Below are positions 9,715 to 19,386 of a stretch of DNA of 64,000 nucleotides, one piece after another. This stretch comes from an uncultured bacterium. GTDB lineage: Bacteria; Abyssobacteria; SURF-5. Location: contig CAZSKP010000004.1 of NCBI GenBank assembly GCA_964607485.1, positions 32,001-96,000 on the forward strand. Reading direction: 5' to 3'. Every line of letters starts with the position of its first letter. Positions within the stretch are counted from its first letter, which is position 1. The translations under genes and the position numbers were made by a program. The notes under the pieces were generated by a model. That model was given only the letters and a program-made list of their open reading frames with translations. It was not told where the DNA came from and did no database searches.

Positions 9715-10515
9715 CTACAGTATCTCCATCAGCGGCATTATCAGCCCCATGCTGAGTCCCGCCGTCATGCCGCCGTCGATGCAGATGGCCTGGCCGGAAA
9801 TAAACGGACAGTCGTCGGCACACAGAAAATGAAACAGAGCGGCCACCTCCTCCGGTTTGCACAGGCGTCCGAGCGGCATCATCAACGATGCCAGCTTCAA
9901 TTCCGTGTTCGCTTCGTCGCTGTATGCCATCGGTGTATCCACCGTGCCGGGGCACACGCAGTTGACGCGGATATTCCGAGGCGCCAGTTCGAGCGCGGCC
10001 GTCCGTGTGATCCCAATCACGCCCGCCTTTGATGCAACATAGGGACCGTACGTGGGCGCTCCCTGGTAGCCGGCGATGGATGACGTGTTGACGATGGACC
10101 CGCCGTTCGTCATGTGATCGACCGAATGCTTTATTCCAAACACCACTCCCATCAGATTGAGCCTGTAAGAGCTCTCAAAATCCTCCGCCGGCAGGAACTG
10201 TATGAAGTTCGGACCGCTTCCCTCCCCGCCACCGGCATTGTTGATTACGATGTCAATGCGTCCGTACGCCTCAGCCGTCTTGTCCATGAGCGCCTTTACG
10301 TGCTTCTCTTGGGTGACGTCGGTCTTGATAAACAAGCCGTCCACCTCTTTCGCCACGCTGTCGGCGTCGGTTATGTCGGCAATGACAACCTTCGCACCGG
10401 CCTTTGCAAAGCGTCTGACGGTTGCGAGCCCGATGCCCGATGCTCCGCCGGTCACCACCGCAGTTTTCCCTTCAAGCGAGAACATCGATAGCGCCTCCTT
10501 TCCCACCAGGGACAT
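9715..10515 (-). CDS. SDR family NAD(P)-dependent oxidoreductase
   Basis: 'TGGASGIG', 'NNAG', 'YVASK', 'NIRVNCVCPG'. Confidence 0.92.
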   Translation of the reverse strand: MSLVGKEALSMFSLEGKTAVVTGGASGIGLATVRRFAKAGAKVVIADITDADSVAKEVDGLFIKTDVTQEKHVKALMDKTAEAYGRIDIVINNAGGGEGSGPNFIQFLPAEDFESSYRLNLMGVVFGIKHSVDHMTNGGSIVNTSSIAGYQGAPTYGPYVASKAGVIGITRTAALELAPRNIRVNCVCPGTVDTPMAYSDEANTELKLASLMMPLGRLCKPEEVAALFHFLCADDCPFISGQAICIDGGMTAGLSMGLIMPLMEIL

Positions 10516-10527
10516 TCAGAAGTATTG

Positions 10528-11145
10528 TTAATTCCTCTTTGGTTTGCGCACCATATGATAATTGGGAGTTCCAAATTGGTCGGTTTCGGAAATTATCCGA
10601 AATCCGAACCTCTCGTACAGGGGGAGGGCGAGCGGTTCCGTTGTGCTCAGGTATCCCAATACTCCCTCTCCGTCGCACAGATTTGTGAGATATGAAAGCA
10701 TCATCGAACCGATACCGCGTCCTTTGAGGTTGGGCTCGACCCCGAGAGTCTCGAGATAGTAGTTTGGCTCTGCCGGTCGATGATTTCCGTCATCCAACGA
10801 TGACTTCAGCGCCCGATATATGATTGCCGGGCTCACGTAAAGGACGGACCGACACAAGAGTCTTATCAGATCAAAACCGCTCACGGTCTCCTTCCCGGGA
10901 GCCGATATCTGCATGACCCCAACAATCTTTCCATTGAGAACGCCGACTCTGGAGACCCCCTGACAAAGATTCATTTCCACATATGTCGCATAGTGCCTGC
11001 GCAGTATCTTAAGCCGCTTTTCAGGAGTTCCTCTCACGACGGCAACCACTCCGGGCTCTTCAAGGAACGCATTGGCGAGCAAATCCGCGATGTTGTCGAT
11101 ATCGGACTTCTTTATGGGAGATATTTCGATGTGAAGCTCATCCAT
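10528..11145 (-). CDS. GNAT family N-acetyltransferase
   Basis: 'YYLETLGVEPNLKGRGIGS', 'LPLYERFGF'. Confidence 0.85.
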   Translation of the reverse strand: MDELHIEISPIKKSDIDNIADLLANAFLEEPGVVAVVRGTPEKRLKILRRHYATYVEMNLCQGVSRVGVLNGKIVGVMQISAPGKETVSGFDLIRLLCRSVLYVSPAIIYRALKSSLDDGNHRPAEPNYYLETLGVEPNLKGRGIGSMMLSYLTNLCDGEGVLGYLSTTEPLALPLYERFGFRIISETDQFGTPNYHMVRKPKRN

Positions 11146-11203
11146 GTTGAACCTGCGCGTCCTTCAACCGAATTCAGATGTCCCGGTTCATGCCTGGGAA
11201 AGT

Positions 11204-11830
11204 TCAGTCTCGCCGATTGCCTTCGCCCTCAGCTTGCTTTTCTTCCAGATAAGCTTCGACAAAACGCTTCGTGAGGCGTGCCATCTTCTTGAGATCGACA
11301 TTCTCCGGGTCCATGTCCCACTGAACCGACACGCCGTCCTGAATTGCGATAATCATGTTGGCCAGCTCCTTCACCTCAGCCGTCGATAACCCGGCCGATT
11401 TATTCGTTTCGGCGAGCAGGTCAATAATCGCCTCACGAAAACGCTTATACAACATCGCGAAACTCTCGCGGACCCGGTCGTTACGTTTCGCCTCCGCCCA
11501 ACAATCATAAAAGAGCCCGGAGTGTTCACCGTTTATGAGCTCCGGACCGAACAGAAACTCGACGGCCTTGTCGAAACGGGTTTTGGGATTTTCATATCTG
11601 CCCATCTCGGCCAGGTATTTTTCGGTTATCCGGTCAACGATATCCTTGACCAATTCCTCGATCATCTCATCGCGGTCTTTGAAATAGTGATGCAGGATGC
11701 TGGGCTGGACGCCGGCCTCTTTTGCGATCGAGCGGGTCGAAGCGTTTTGCAGTCCATCCCGGGACATGCATCTATAGAACGCGTCGATAATCTGAGCGCG
11801 TCTTTGTTTGGCGAGGCTTTTCCTACCCAC
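11204..11830 (-). CDS. TetR/AcrR family transcriptional regulator
   Basis: Likely GTG start at 11830 (MGRKSLAKQRR). HTH 'STRSIAKEAGVQPSILHHYF'. Confidence 0.9.
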   Translation of the reverse strand: MGRKSLAKQRRAQIIDAFYRCMSRDGLQNASTRSIAKEAGVQPSILHHYFKDRDEMIEELVKDIVDRITEKYLAEMGRYENPKTRFDKAVEFLFGPELINGEHSGLFYDCWAEAKRNDRVRESFAMLYKRFREAIIDLLAETNKSAGLSTAEVKELANMIIAIQDGVSVQWDMDPENVDLKKMARLTKRFVEAYLEEKQAEGEGNRRD

Positions 11831-11849
11831 GGTGACTTTCCCGATTATT

Positions 11850-11898
11850 TTGTGTGGTCGCCCGTACAATATATATCACTTGAACACTGCCTTGTCAA
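11850..11898 (-). promoter_or_regulatory. Sigma70-type promoter of tetR with a candidate TetR operator
   Basis: Minus strand TTGACA (11898-11893), 17 nt, TATATA (11875-11870, preceded by TG). Imperfect palindrome TTGTGTGGTCGCCCGTACAA (11850-11869) lies just downstream of the -10. Confidence 0.6.
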
Positions 11899-11906
11899 GT
11901 GAAAAA

Positions 11907-11955
11907 CGCCTCAGAGAATGCTCAGGTCGAGTCCGTGATTTCCCCTCGCAATGAC
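11907..11955 (+). repeat. Degenerate right half of the palindromic element at 13794-13892
   Basis: CGCCTCAGAGAATGCTCAGGTCGAGTCCGTGATTTCCCCTCGCAATGAC aligns with CGCCTCCGAGATTGCTTCGGTCGAGTCTTTGACTCGCCCTCGCAATGAC. Confidence 0.75.
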
Positions 11956-11988
11956 TCCCAACCATTTGGGCAGCAAGATGTTACGTCT

Positions 11989-13173
11989 TCATTTCGGGCC
12001 GTCGGTGTGGTAGCACCTCATCGGATTGTAATGAACCACGATCTCGAACGCGCACCGATTGCAGTTCGTGCACGAAATCGGATCTGCGTCACCCTTTTCC
12101 ATCAGGTTCACAAGATTTGGCTGCCGGATAAAGGGCCGGCTCAGCGAGATAAAGTCGGCTTGGCCGCTCTCGAGGGCGCGTTCCATCGTGGCGCGACGCC
12201 GCATTCCTCCTACCGCCATGACCGGCGCTCTTACGTTCTTCTTAATCGCCGCCGCTTGAGGGAGGAAGTATGCTTCTTCGAAACGAGCCGCCTCCCGTAT
12301 GCGTTTCTCGACGAAGAGCCGCATCAATATGCGCTCGGGCAGTTTGCGGTTTCGCATGGCAAGGTCTCTCGGTACATCCCCCCTGACATTCATCAGCCCC
12401 TTTTCCGCGATCCCGCCGCTTACTTCTATGGCATCTATGCCCATTTCATCGAGCTTCCTGCACACAGTGATGCACTCGTCAAGCGTCACGCCGTTGGAAA
12501 TAAAGTCTTCGGAATTGATCTTGATAAGCACCGGGAAATCGGTCCCCACGATGGAACGAATCAACTGGTACACCTCGAGCAGGAACCGCATCCGATTTTC
12601 CAGAGGCCCGCCCCATTCGTCACTGCGTCGATTTGTGTGGCCGGAAAGGAACTCGTTGATCAGATAGCCATGCGCCGCATGTATTTGCACCCCGTCGAAT
12701 CCCCCCTCTTTCGCGCGCCGGGCGGCGTCTCCGAAGGCGGTAATGCTCTCTCTTATTTCGGCGCCGCTCATTTCGCGTGGCTTGACCATGCTGAGCATGT
12801 CACGCACGGGCGATGGCCCTACGGGTTGGGCGCCGAGAACCTTCGGGTCGCATTGCCGCCCACCGTGGTTCAACTGAGCGACAATCTTCACATCGTTTTC
12901 GTGAACGGTCTCCGTGAGCCGTCGGAGATCGTCGATTATCTCGTCCTTGTCGAGGAGCATAACACGAGGCACCGCGCGTCCCATACGATGCACATAGTAG
13001 TTGCCCGGAACAATCAGGCCGACGCCTCCTCTTGCCAACCGAGCATAGGCCCGCAGATATCGGTCGGTGATGCGGCAATCGTCCGATGCGAGGCATTCAA
13101 CGGTCGCGGAGCGCACAAAGCGGTTTTTCAGTTGCATTGTTCCAATTGAGCCGGGCTTGAATAGTTCCGACAC
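11989..13173 (-). CDS. NADH:flavin oxidoreductase (old yellow enzyme family)
   Basis: 'LKNRFVRSAT', 'QLNHGGR', 'GFDGVQIHAAHGYLINEFLS', 'NRRSDEWGG'; C-terminal CxxCxxC. Confidence 0.92.
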   Translation of the reverse strand: MSELFKPGSIGTMQLKNRFVRSATVECLASDDCRITDRYLRAYARLARGGVGLIVPGNYYVHRMGRAVPRVMLLDKDEIIDDLRRLTETVHENDVKIVAQLNHGGRQCDPKVLGAQPVGPSPVRDMLSMVKPREMSGAEIRESITAFGDAARRAKEGGFDGVQIHAAHGYLINEFLSGHTNRRSDEWGGPLENRMRFLLEVYQLIRSIVGTDFPVLIKINSEDFISNGVTLDECITVCRKLDEMGIDAIEVSGGIAEKGLMNVRGDVPRDLAMRNRKLPERILMRLFVEKRIREAARFEEAYFLPQAAAIKKNVRAPVMAVGGMRRRATMERALESGQADFISLSRPFIRQPNLVNLMEKGDADPISCTNCNRCAFEIVVHYNPMRCYHTDGPK

Positions 13174-13283
13174 CTTTCTATCCTCCTCTTGAAAACAGAA
13201 TGAGCCTGCCTTGGCGCTGCTGTATGCGAACCGTTGGGGGGAAGCGGAGCGGGCGGTATTGCAGGGACGTTGGCTTGTGAAAG

Positions 13284-13312
13284 AGTATAGTACCGAATCT
13301 ACAGCGTGTCAA
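13284..13312 (-). promoter_or_regulatory. Sigma70-type promoter of the OYE gene
   Basis: Minus strand TTGACA (13312-13307), 17 nt, TATACT (13289-13284). Confidence 0.6.
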
Positions 13313-13388
13313 CCTTGAGAGCCCACCTGGCTCGTCGGGGGGATAGGGAAGGAGAGAACCCGCCTGATGTCGTCAGCGGCGGGTGTCT

Positions 13389-13619
13389 TCACTCTGTCTC
13401 TGAGGATCTCCGGTCGGAGGATCTCACGCGCCGCTGCCACCTGAGGTAGACCTCGCAGAACTCACAGGTCTTCGGGGTTCCCGATAGCTTGCTGCACTGG
13501 GTGTCCGACATCTCCCAGCATGGAGCATCGCTCTGATTGTACGCAGAACAGTTCAGGTAAAGCAGGGGGGAACAATCCCTGATTTCCCAGCACTTTGGCC
13601 TTTTATCGGACGACTCCAT
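13389..13619 (-). CDS. Small Cys-rich protein with two 'CWE' motifs (two-CW-type domain)
   Basis: 76 aa from ATG 13619 (RBS GGAG): 'CWEIRDC...CSAY...PCWE.....C......TCEFCEVY'. It has its own promoter. Confidence 0.7.
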   Translation of the reverse strand: MESSDKRPKCWEIRDCSPLLYLNCSAYNQSDAPCWEMSDTQCSKLSGTPKTCEFCEVYLRWQRRVRSSDRRSSETE

Positions 13620-13706
13620 CGCAGACTCTCCCTCGTCCTGTATCTGAAGAGGGGGCCGCCCCATCTCATGCAACTTTGCCCGGGAGCTTAAACCGACCGT
13701 ATCTCC

Positions 13707-13735
13707 ATTCTATGGGAGAGAGGGCGCTTTGTCAA
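13707..13735 (-). promoter_or_regulatory. Sigma70-type promoter of the Cys-rich protein gene
   Basis: Minus strand TTGACA (13735-13730), 17 nt, TAGAAT (13712-13707). Confidence 0.55.
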
Positions 13736-13793
13736 TGACAGGCCTCACCGACCTCTTGCCCAAATGGTTCCTTACTTAACAGCGTCCTGCCTC

Positions 13794-13892
13794 GTCATTG
13801 CGAGGAGCAAAGCGACGTAACAATCCCGATGGAAAGGAGGAATCGCCTCCGAGATTGCTTCGGTCGAGTCTTTGACTCGCCCTCGCAATGAC
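13794..13892. repeat. Palindromic REP/MITE-like element
   Basis: 12-bp terminal inverted repeats GTCATTGCGAGG / CCTCGCAATGAC, with internal complementary segments (CAATC/GATTG; CGAGTC-TTT-GACTCG). Confidence 0.8.
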
Positions 13893-14045
13893 TGCGAACC
13901 ATTTACGCAACGGAGGCCTCAAGGCCGAAGGGAAGGCAGGAATATTGGGTTGAGCCGGGAGGATATGGATGTTCCCCCCATGCTGATGTGAGGATGTGAG
14001 ACATCTGGAAACCCGGAAGCGGAAAAAACGCACCCGGCATCTCGA

Positions 14046-14363
14046 CTAAGAGGCGTGTTGGTTTCGCCAAGCATCTGCTGAATAATTGAAGGCGCCCTTC
14101 ATGAACAGGAGGTCGGGAAGCCGCTTGAGCGCGAGTTCCGAAGGGCAATTTACCGATACCACCTTGTGAAGAGGGATCTTCGCCCCTTTCTTCTTCAACC
14201 ACATCACCTGGTTTAGCCGGGGAGCATAGCAGAGGTCGCCCTCTTTCACCTGCTCTCTTGGATTGACGAGAAGGTCAACATGGCAGGACTCAGGCGGCAC
14301 ATCCGGGAAATCATACTTCTGAAGCTCCAGACGAACCGAATACTTATGAGGTACAGTCGCCAT
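14046..14363 (-). CDS. Hypothetical protein
   Basis: 105 aa from ATG 14363 (MATVPHK) with upstream GAGGG; protein-like composition, no recognised motif. Confidence 0.55.
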   Translation of the reverse strand: MATVPHKYSVRLELQKYDFPDVPPESCHVDLLVNPREQVKEGDLCYAPRLNQVMWLKKKGAKIPLHKVVSVNCPSELALKRLPDLLFMKGAFNYSADAWRNQHAS

Positions 14364-14718
14364 TGTCTCACCCTCTTCCTTTGGTAACAATGCAAACTGC
14401 ACTGACTACCACTTATCCTGCTTAACCGGGAAGCTGAAAAAGGTAGGCGCTCAGGACGGAATCGACTTCTGATATCTCGGATTTACGCAGCGAGTTCTTC
14501 TGACGAGCCTCCTTCGTTATTCTTATTGTAACATCCTTTTTTCGATCGGACAATACCTACGACAATCTTTTTCTTGGTCCATGGTCGAAAGCTGGCGACT
14601 TCCAAAAATGGAAGGCAGGATTTCTGTAGGAAACACATCTTGCGAAGGCGGGCAGTCGGGGGAAAAGATGTGTTGCCTGAACGCACGCGACGAAACAGCG
14701 GTGCACACGCGCCTTGGT

Positions 14719-15060
14719 TCAGGTTTTTCTTATAGGCGGCCCATCGGTTACCGTTCGATGGTTGAAGGTGAGGGCATCGGAAACGCCCGCGACCTTCAAG
14801 GCCTTATACATTTCGGTTCGCATCCCGGATATGACAACCCGTTTCCCGCCGGCGCCCAATTGTTGCGTGAGCCACTGAAGCGCTTGCATACCGCCCGCAG
14901 TGATGTGAGCGGCCTCGGAAAAATCAAGCACTGTTCCGGGGGAAGAAGCTTCCTCGAGTTTCGGCTTCAGCTCTTCGAGAATGCTGAGTCCCGTTTTCGA
15001 GTCGAACGTGCCACTGATCGAATGTCTCACGTAGTCGGATTTCTTCGTTTGTTTCGGCAT
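14719..15060 (-). CDS. STAS domain protein (anti-sigma factor antagonist-like)
   Basis: 113 aa; 'ISGTFD', 'VLDFSEAAHITAGG', 'YKALKVAG'; RBS AGGAG directly after adhE. Confidence 0.75.
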   Translation of the reverse strand: MPKQTKKSDYVRHSISGTFDSKTGLSILEELKPKLEEASSPGTVLDFSEAAHITAGGMQALQWLTQQLGAGGKRVVISGMRTEMYKALKVAGVSDALTFNHRTVTDGPPIRKT

Positions 15061-15074
15061 TTCCCCTTCTCCTC

Positions 15075-17672
15075 CTATAGCCGCCCTTGATACGCGCGGC
15101 GGAACAGTTCCTCGATCTCATCGACCATCGGGAAGCGCGGATTCGAGCGGCTGCTTGGGTCATCGAATGCCTTATCGATCAGGTCCGGCAGCGATTTTTC
15201 GAAATCCTGCTTGGAGATGCCCAGTTCTTTCAGTGTGGTCGGCATCTTGCAGCTTTTCAGCAGGCTGAGGATCGCCTCTATGAGCGCGTCCACTTTCTCG
15301 GCCGTCGTGGAACCTCCCAGTCCGACGAATGTCGCCGCTTCCGCATATTTCTTGTCGGCGACGTATGCTTTTATGTTCGGGTGAGGCATGAACTTTGTCG
15401 GAGTGGTCGCATTGTACCTGACCGTATAAGGCAGAAGCACGCCGTTGGCGCGTCCATGGGGGAGCTTGAAGGTCGCCCCCAAGCTGTGAGCAAGCGCGTG
15501 GTTGACGCCCACGAAGGCGTTGCTGATTGCGATTCCCGCGATGCACGAGGCGTTGTGCATGTTCTCCCGCGCCTCGTAGTCCGACGGATTGCGGAACGCG
15601 CGCTCAAGATACGTGAACACGAGCCGTATCGCCTGCAGCGTGAGCGAGTCGGTATAGCGGGAAGCCGCAATCGACACGTGTGCCTCGAGCGCATGAGTGA
15701 GCACATCCACACCCGTGTCGGCCGTCACGGACGGCGAAAGATTCATGACGAGCGTCGGATCGACGACGGCCATGTCGGGAACGAGTTGATAGTCGCTGAG
15801 CATTATCTTGCGATTGCTTTCGCAGTCGGTGATTACGGCAAACGGAGTCACCTCCGACCCCGTGCCGCTCGTCGTCGGCACCGCGATGAGCCGAGGCCGG
15901 TCGGGCGGGGGAGTCGGGTACTCGGTCACTCGCTTCCGGGGGTCGAGGAACGGAAGCGACAGTTCCTCGAACTTGGTCTGGGGATTCTCGTAGAACAGGC
16001 GCATTGCTTTCGCGGCGTCAATGACCGAGCCGCCGCCGACCGCGATAATATGGTCGGGCTGGTAGTTGTTGAGGACTCTCACGCCGTTCAGCACGGTGGC
16101 AAACGAAGGCTCGGGTTCGACTTCGGAGAACGTGTGCACATGCGTGCTCGGGTTGAGGAAGTTGCGAACCATGTCCACGTGTCCGCGCTTCTCCGCGCCT
16201 TTTGTGCTGATGATGACCGTGGTCTCGGAGTCTACGCTCCTGAGGTTTTCGAGCGATTTGAAGTTGAAATAAATCTGGTTTGGCAGCCGGAACCACGCAT
16301 TGCCGGGCGTCCGGCGGGCGACCCGCTTTATGTTCATGTAATGATAGATGTTCAGGTTATCCATCGTGATGTTGCCTCCACCGGTTCCGCATCCGAACGA
16401 AAACGTGGGAGAGAGGTCATTGTACACGCCGCCAAGTCCGCCGATGGTGGCCGGCGAATTCACCACGATGCGGCCGGCGTTCAGCGCGAACGCAAATTTC
16501 CTTATGACATCCTCATCCGTGGCGAAGACGGATGCCGTATGGCCGAGGCCGCCGTTGTAGCTGATGTCGAGGCACACGTTGATGGCCTCGTCCACCGAGC
16601 GGACGGGCAGCACGCCGAGCACGGGGAACAGTTTCTCCACCGAGAGCGGATGCCCGTCGCCGACGCCCTTCAACGGCGCGATTATGAGGCGCGTGTTCGG
16701 GGAGACCTTCATGCCGCATTGCTTCGCTATGTCTTGTGCGCTCTGTCCGACTGCGAGCGGGTGCATCATGCCCGTCTCGGGATGGATGACCGTCTGCTCG
16801 AGCAGCGCAACCTCGTCTTCGCTCGCAATATGCGCGCCAAGATCGGCGAATTTCTTGATAACCGTGTCGTAGATTTCCTCGTCTATCGCAATCGTCTGCT
16901 CCGACGCGCACACCGTGCCGTTATCGAACGTTTTCGACACGATCACGTCCACGACGGCCATGTCGATGTCGGCGCTCTGGTGCATATAGCAGGGAGTGTT
17001 GCCCGCGCCCACGCCGAGGGCCGGCTTGCCCGTGCTGTACGCCGCTTTCACGAGACTTGTTCCGCCGGTGGCGTCTATCATTTGAACGTCGGGATGGGTG
17101 AACAGATACTGAGTGTCCTCGATGGTCGGCTTTTCGATGCACGCGATGACCCCCTCCGGCGCGCCCGCCCTCTCGGCGGCTTCGCCCATAGTCCTGGCCG
17201 CCTCCAGGCAGCAGTTGGCCGTGCGGAAATGAGGCGAGAAGATGAGCGTGTTGCGCGTCTTGAGGCACGTGATGCATTTAAACAGGACGGTGCCGGTCGG
17301 GTTGGTGATCGGCGTGATTGAAAAGATGACGCCGATGGGCTCGGCGACTTCGACGAGGTTGCGTTCGGGATATTCCCGAATGACCCCGACCGTCGGTTTG
17401 CCTTTGATGTGATTCCAGACAAACTCCGTCGCAACGAAGTTCTTGAGCACCTTGTCCTCGAAGATGCCAAGCTTGCTCTCATCGACGGCGAGGCGCGCCA
17501 GCCGTTTCACGTTGCGAAGGCCGGCCATCACCATCGCCTTGGCGACGCCGTCCACCTGTTCCTGCGAAAACTGCGCAAACTCGGCGGCGGCAAGCCTGGC
17601 TCGTTCGACCAGATTGTCAAGGTAGGCTTTGCGTTCAGCGGTGATAGTGCGTCTTGACTGACGAAGACTCAT
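15075..17672 (-). CDS. adhE: Bifunctional acetaldehyde-CoA/alcohol dehydrogenase
   Basis: 865 aa. ALDH half: 'ATGG', 'GVGAGNTP', 'FDNGTVCASEQ', 'GCGTGGGN'. Fe-ADH half: 'GGGSVIDAAK', 'PTTSGTGSE', 'DVLTHALE', 'NHALAH', 'PHG'. Confidence 0.95.
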   Translation of the reverse strand: MSLRQSRRTITAERKAYLDNLVERARLAAAEFAQFSQEQVDGVAKAMVMAGLRNVKRLARLAVDESKLGIFEDKVLKNFVATEFVWNHIKGKPTVGVIREYPERNLVEVAEPIGVIFSITPITNPTGTVLFKCITCLKTRNTLIFSPHFRTANCCLEAARTMGEAAERAGAPEGVIACIEKPTIEDTQYLFTHPDVQMIDATGGTSLVKAAYSTGKPALGVGAGNTPCYMHQSADIDMAVVDVIVSKTFDNGTVCASEQTIAIDEEIYDTVIKKFADLGAHIASEDEVALLEQTVIHPETGMMHPLAVGQSAQDIAKQCGMKVSPNTRLIIAPLKGVGDGHPLSVEKLFPVLGVLPVRSVDEAINVCLDISYNGGLGHTASVFATDEDVIRKFAFALNAGRIVVNSPATIGGLGGVYNDLSPTFSFGCGTGGGNITMDNLNIYHYMNIKRVARRTPGNAWFRLPNQIYFNFKSLENLRSVDSETTVIISTKGAEKRGHVDMVRNFLNPSTHVHTFSEVEPEPSFATVLNGVRVLNNYQPDHIIAVGGGSVIDAAKAMRLFYENPQTKFEELSLPFLDPRKRVTEYPTPPPDRPRLIAVPTTSGTGSEVTPFAVITDCESNRKIMLSDYQLVPDMAVVDPTLVMNLSPSVTADTGVDVLTHALEAHVSIAASRYTDSLTLQAIRLVFTYLERAFRNPSDYEARENMHNASCIAGIAISNAFVGVNHALAHSLGATFKLPHGRANGVLLPYTVRYNATTPTKFMPHPNIKAYVADKKYAEAATFVGLGGSTTAEKVDALIEAILSLLKSCKMPTTLKELGISKQDFEKSLPDLIDKAFDDPSSRSNPRFPMVDEIEELFRRAYQGRL

Positions 17673-17854
17673 TTCCTGATCCCCCCCATTTGATAGGAAT
17701 AAGCCCCGGTTTCACTCAGCGCACGGACATTGGCTGACACGCCCCCGAATCGAGCGAGACATCGTCTGGCCTGCCCATGAACCAGGAGCCTAACAGAGAG
17801 CCTATCACGTTTCTCATGGAAACGTCAATACTGGCCGCATTGAGGCCGCGACTG

Positions 17855-17908
17855 CCACCTATCCGATCGTTTAGCCATCGCTCCGGGCGACTCAATATCG
17901 CGTTTTCA
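17855..17908 (+). repeat. Dispersed intergenic repeat, core copy A (diverged)
   Basis: CCACCTATCCGATCGTTTAGCCATCGCTCC...CGTTTTCA matches the consensus CACCCATCCGATCGTTCAAATATCGCTCTCAGAGAGTGCA..ATACGTTTTCRATTCTGCACT. Confidence 0.55.
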
Positions 17909-18102
17909 GGCCGCCTTCGGACCCACGCGCCGGCGCGGGCTGCTTGGAAGCCGGAACACCGATGATGTATACTTGCCTGAGGGACGAAGAAGGGAAACTC
18001 CGGCTGACTGTGGTCTCGACACGGGGGGAAGCGTGTATTTGGTCGGTTGCAGTACGTTGTTCTGTTCCACAATGAGCGCGATTTCATAAAGGAGAGAAAC
18101 TC

Positions 18103-19329
18103 ATGGGCTCGGAGAAAGTGATTGTTCTTGGCGGTTGTGGCGCGGTGGGCAATGTTGCTGCAAGGACGCTCGCGGCGCAGGATATGTTCTCCAAGGTTAT
18201 CATAGGCGACATGGACATGGCCAAGGCCAAAACCATCGTTGCCGAAATCGGCCCGAAGAAGGCCTCGGCGGTGAAGGTCAACGCCGAGGACCCCAAGAGC
18301 GTGAGAAAAGCGATTGAAGGCTGTGACATCGTGCTGAATTGCGTCGGGCCATTCTATAAGAGCGTCAAGAGTGTTCTCACCGCGGTGATTGAGTCAGGGA
18401 TCAACTATGTGGACATATGTGACGACGTCGATGTGACCGTGGACATTCTGAAAATGGACAGAGCCGCAAAGAAAGCCGGGATTACCGCGCTCATCGGCAT
18501 GGGGGCGTCTCCGGGGGTCACGAATCTGTTCGCAAAATTCGTGGCGGACACGCTCCTCGATGAGACCGAGTCGATAGATATTTTCCATACCCACGGTGGC
18601 GAGCCCATAGAGGGCCCCGGCGTCATCGGCCACCGATTTCACTGCATGAGCATAGACATACCAATGTTCCTCGATGGAGAGCTGAAATACGTGAAATACT
18701 TCCGGGAGGACGGAATCGCGCTCAGACAGACCTTCGAGTTCCCCATCGTGGGCGAGGTTCCCCTGTACCCATATCCGCATCCCGAGCAGGTAACGCTGCC
18801 GAAATACATAAGAGTAAAGCGCGTCACGAACAAAGGCTCGGTGTTGCCGATCGAGTACTACACTCTCACCGGTGAAGTGTGCAGGCTGGGCCTCGCCGAC
18901 AGGGAGCCGCTCGATGTAAAGGGCAAGACAATCATTCCGTATGACTTTGCCATCGCCTATATCATCAGAGAGCGGGACAAAATCCTGAAGAGAACGAAGT
19001 TCGGCGTCCAGCGCGGTGCGATGGCGGTTGTCGTAAAGGGGAAGAAGAACGGAGAATATCAAGAGTATAGAGTGCATATGGCTTCCGAGGGGGCGGGACT
19101 GGGCGAAGGCACGGGCGAGCCCGCCGCCATGGGAGTGATTCTCATGCATCAGGGGAAGGTCACGGCCAAGGGCGTGCTGCCACCGGAGGGATGCGTGAAC
19201 CCCAACGACTTGATCAATCTGCAGGGCAGAATGAAGCGTGCCAAGATAAGAGGCAGGAAGAAGGCTGAACGAGTTCTTTACGCGGAAAAGGTCGATTCAC
19301 AGGGAAACGCGACGAGAATCGACTTTTGA
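18103..19329 (+). CDS. Saccharopine dehydrogenase family oxidoreductase
   Basis: 'VLGGCGAVG', 'NCVGPF', 'NYVDICDD', 'GMGASPG', 'HPEQVTLP', 'GVLPPE'. Confidence 0.88.
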   Translation: MGSEKVIVLGGCGAVGNVAARTLAAQDMFSKVIIGDMDMAKAKTIVAEIGPKKASAVKVNAEDPKSVRKAIEGCDIVLNCVGPFYKSVKSVLTAVIESGINYVDICDDVDVTVDILKMDRAAKKAGITALIGMGASPGVTNLFAKFVADTLLDETESIDIFHTHGGEPIEGPGVIGHRFHCMSIDIPMFLDGELKYVKYFREDGIALRQTFEFPIVGEVPLYPYPHPEQVTLPKYIRVKRVTNKGSVLPIEYYTLTGEVCRLGLADREPLDVKGKTIIPYDFAIAYIIRERDKILKRTKFGVQRGAMAVVVKGKKNGEYQEYRVHMASEGAGLGEGTGEPAAMGVILMHQGKVTAKGVLPPEGCVNPNDLINLQGRMKRAKIRGRKKAERVLYAEKVDSQGNATRIDF

Positions 19330-19386
19330 TCAAGAAGGGCGCTCTTCGCCGCCCTTACACATTCTCTACGATGCAGGAATGAATCA

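Noticed and set aside
15087-17321. 744-aa ORF on the + strand
   Set aside because: Antisense shadow of adhE with no recognisable motifs; long shadow ORFs are common in GC-rich coding DNA.
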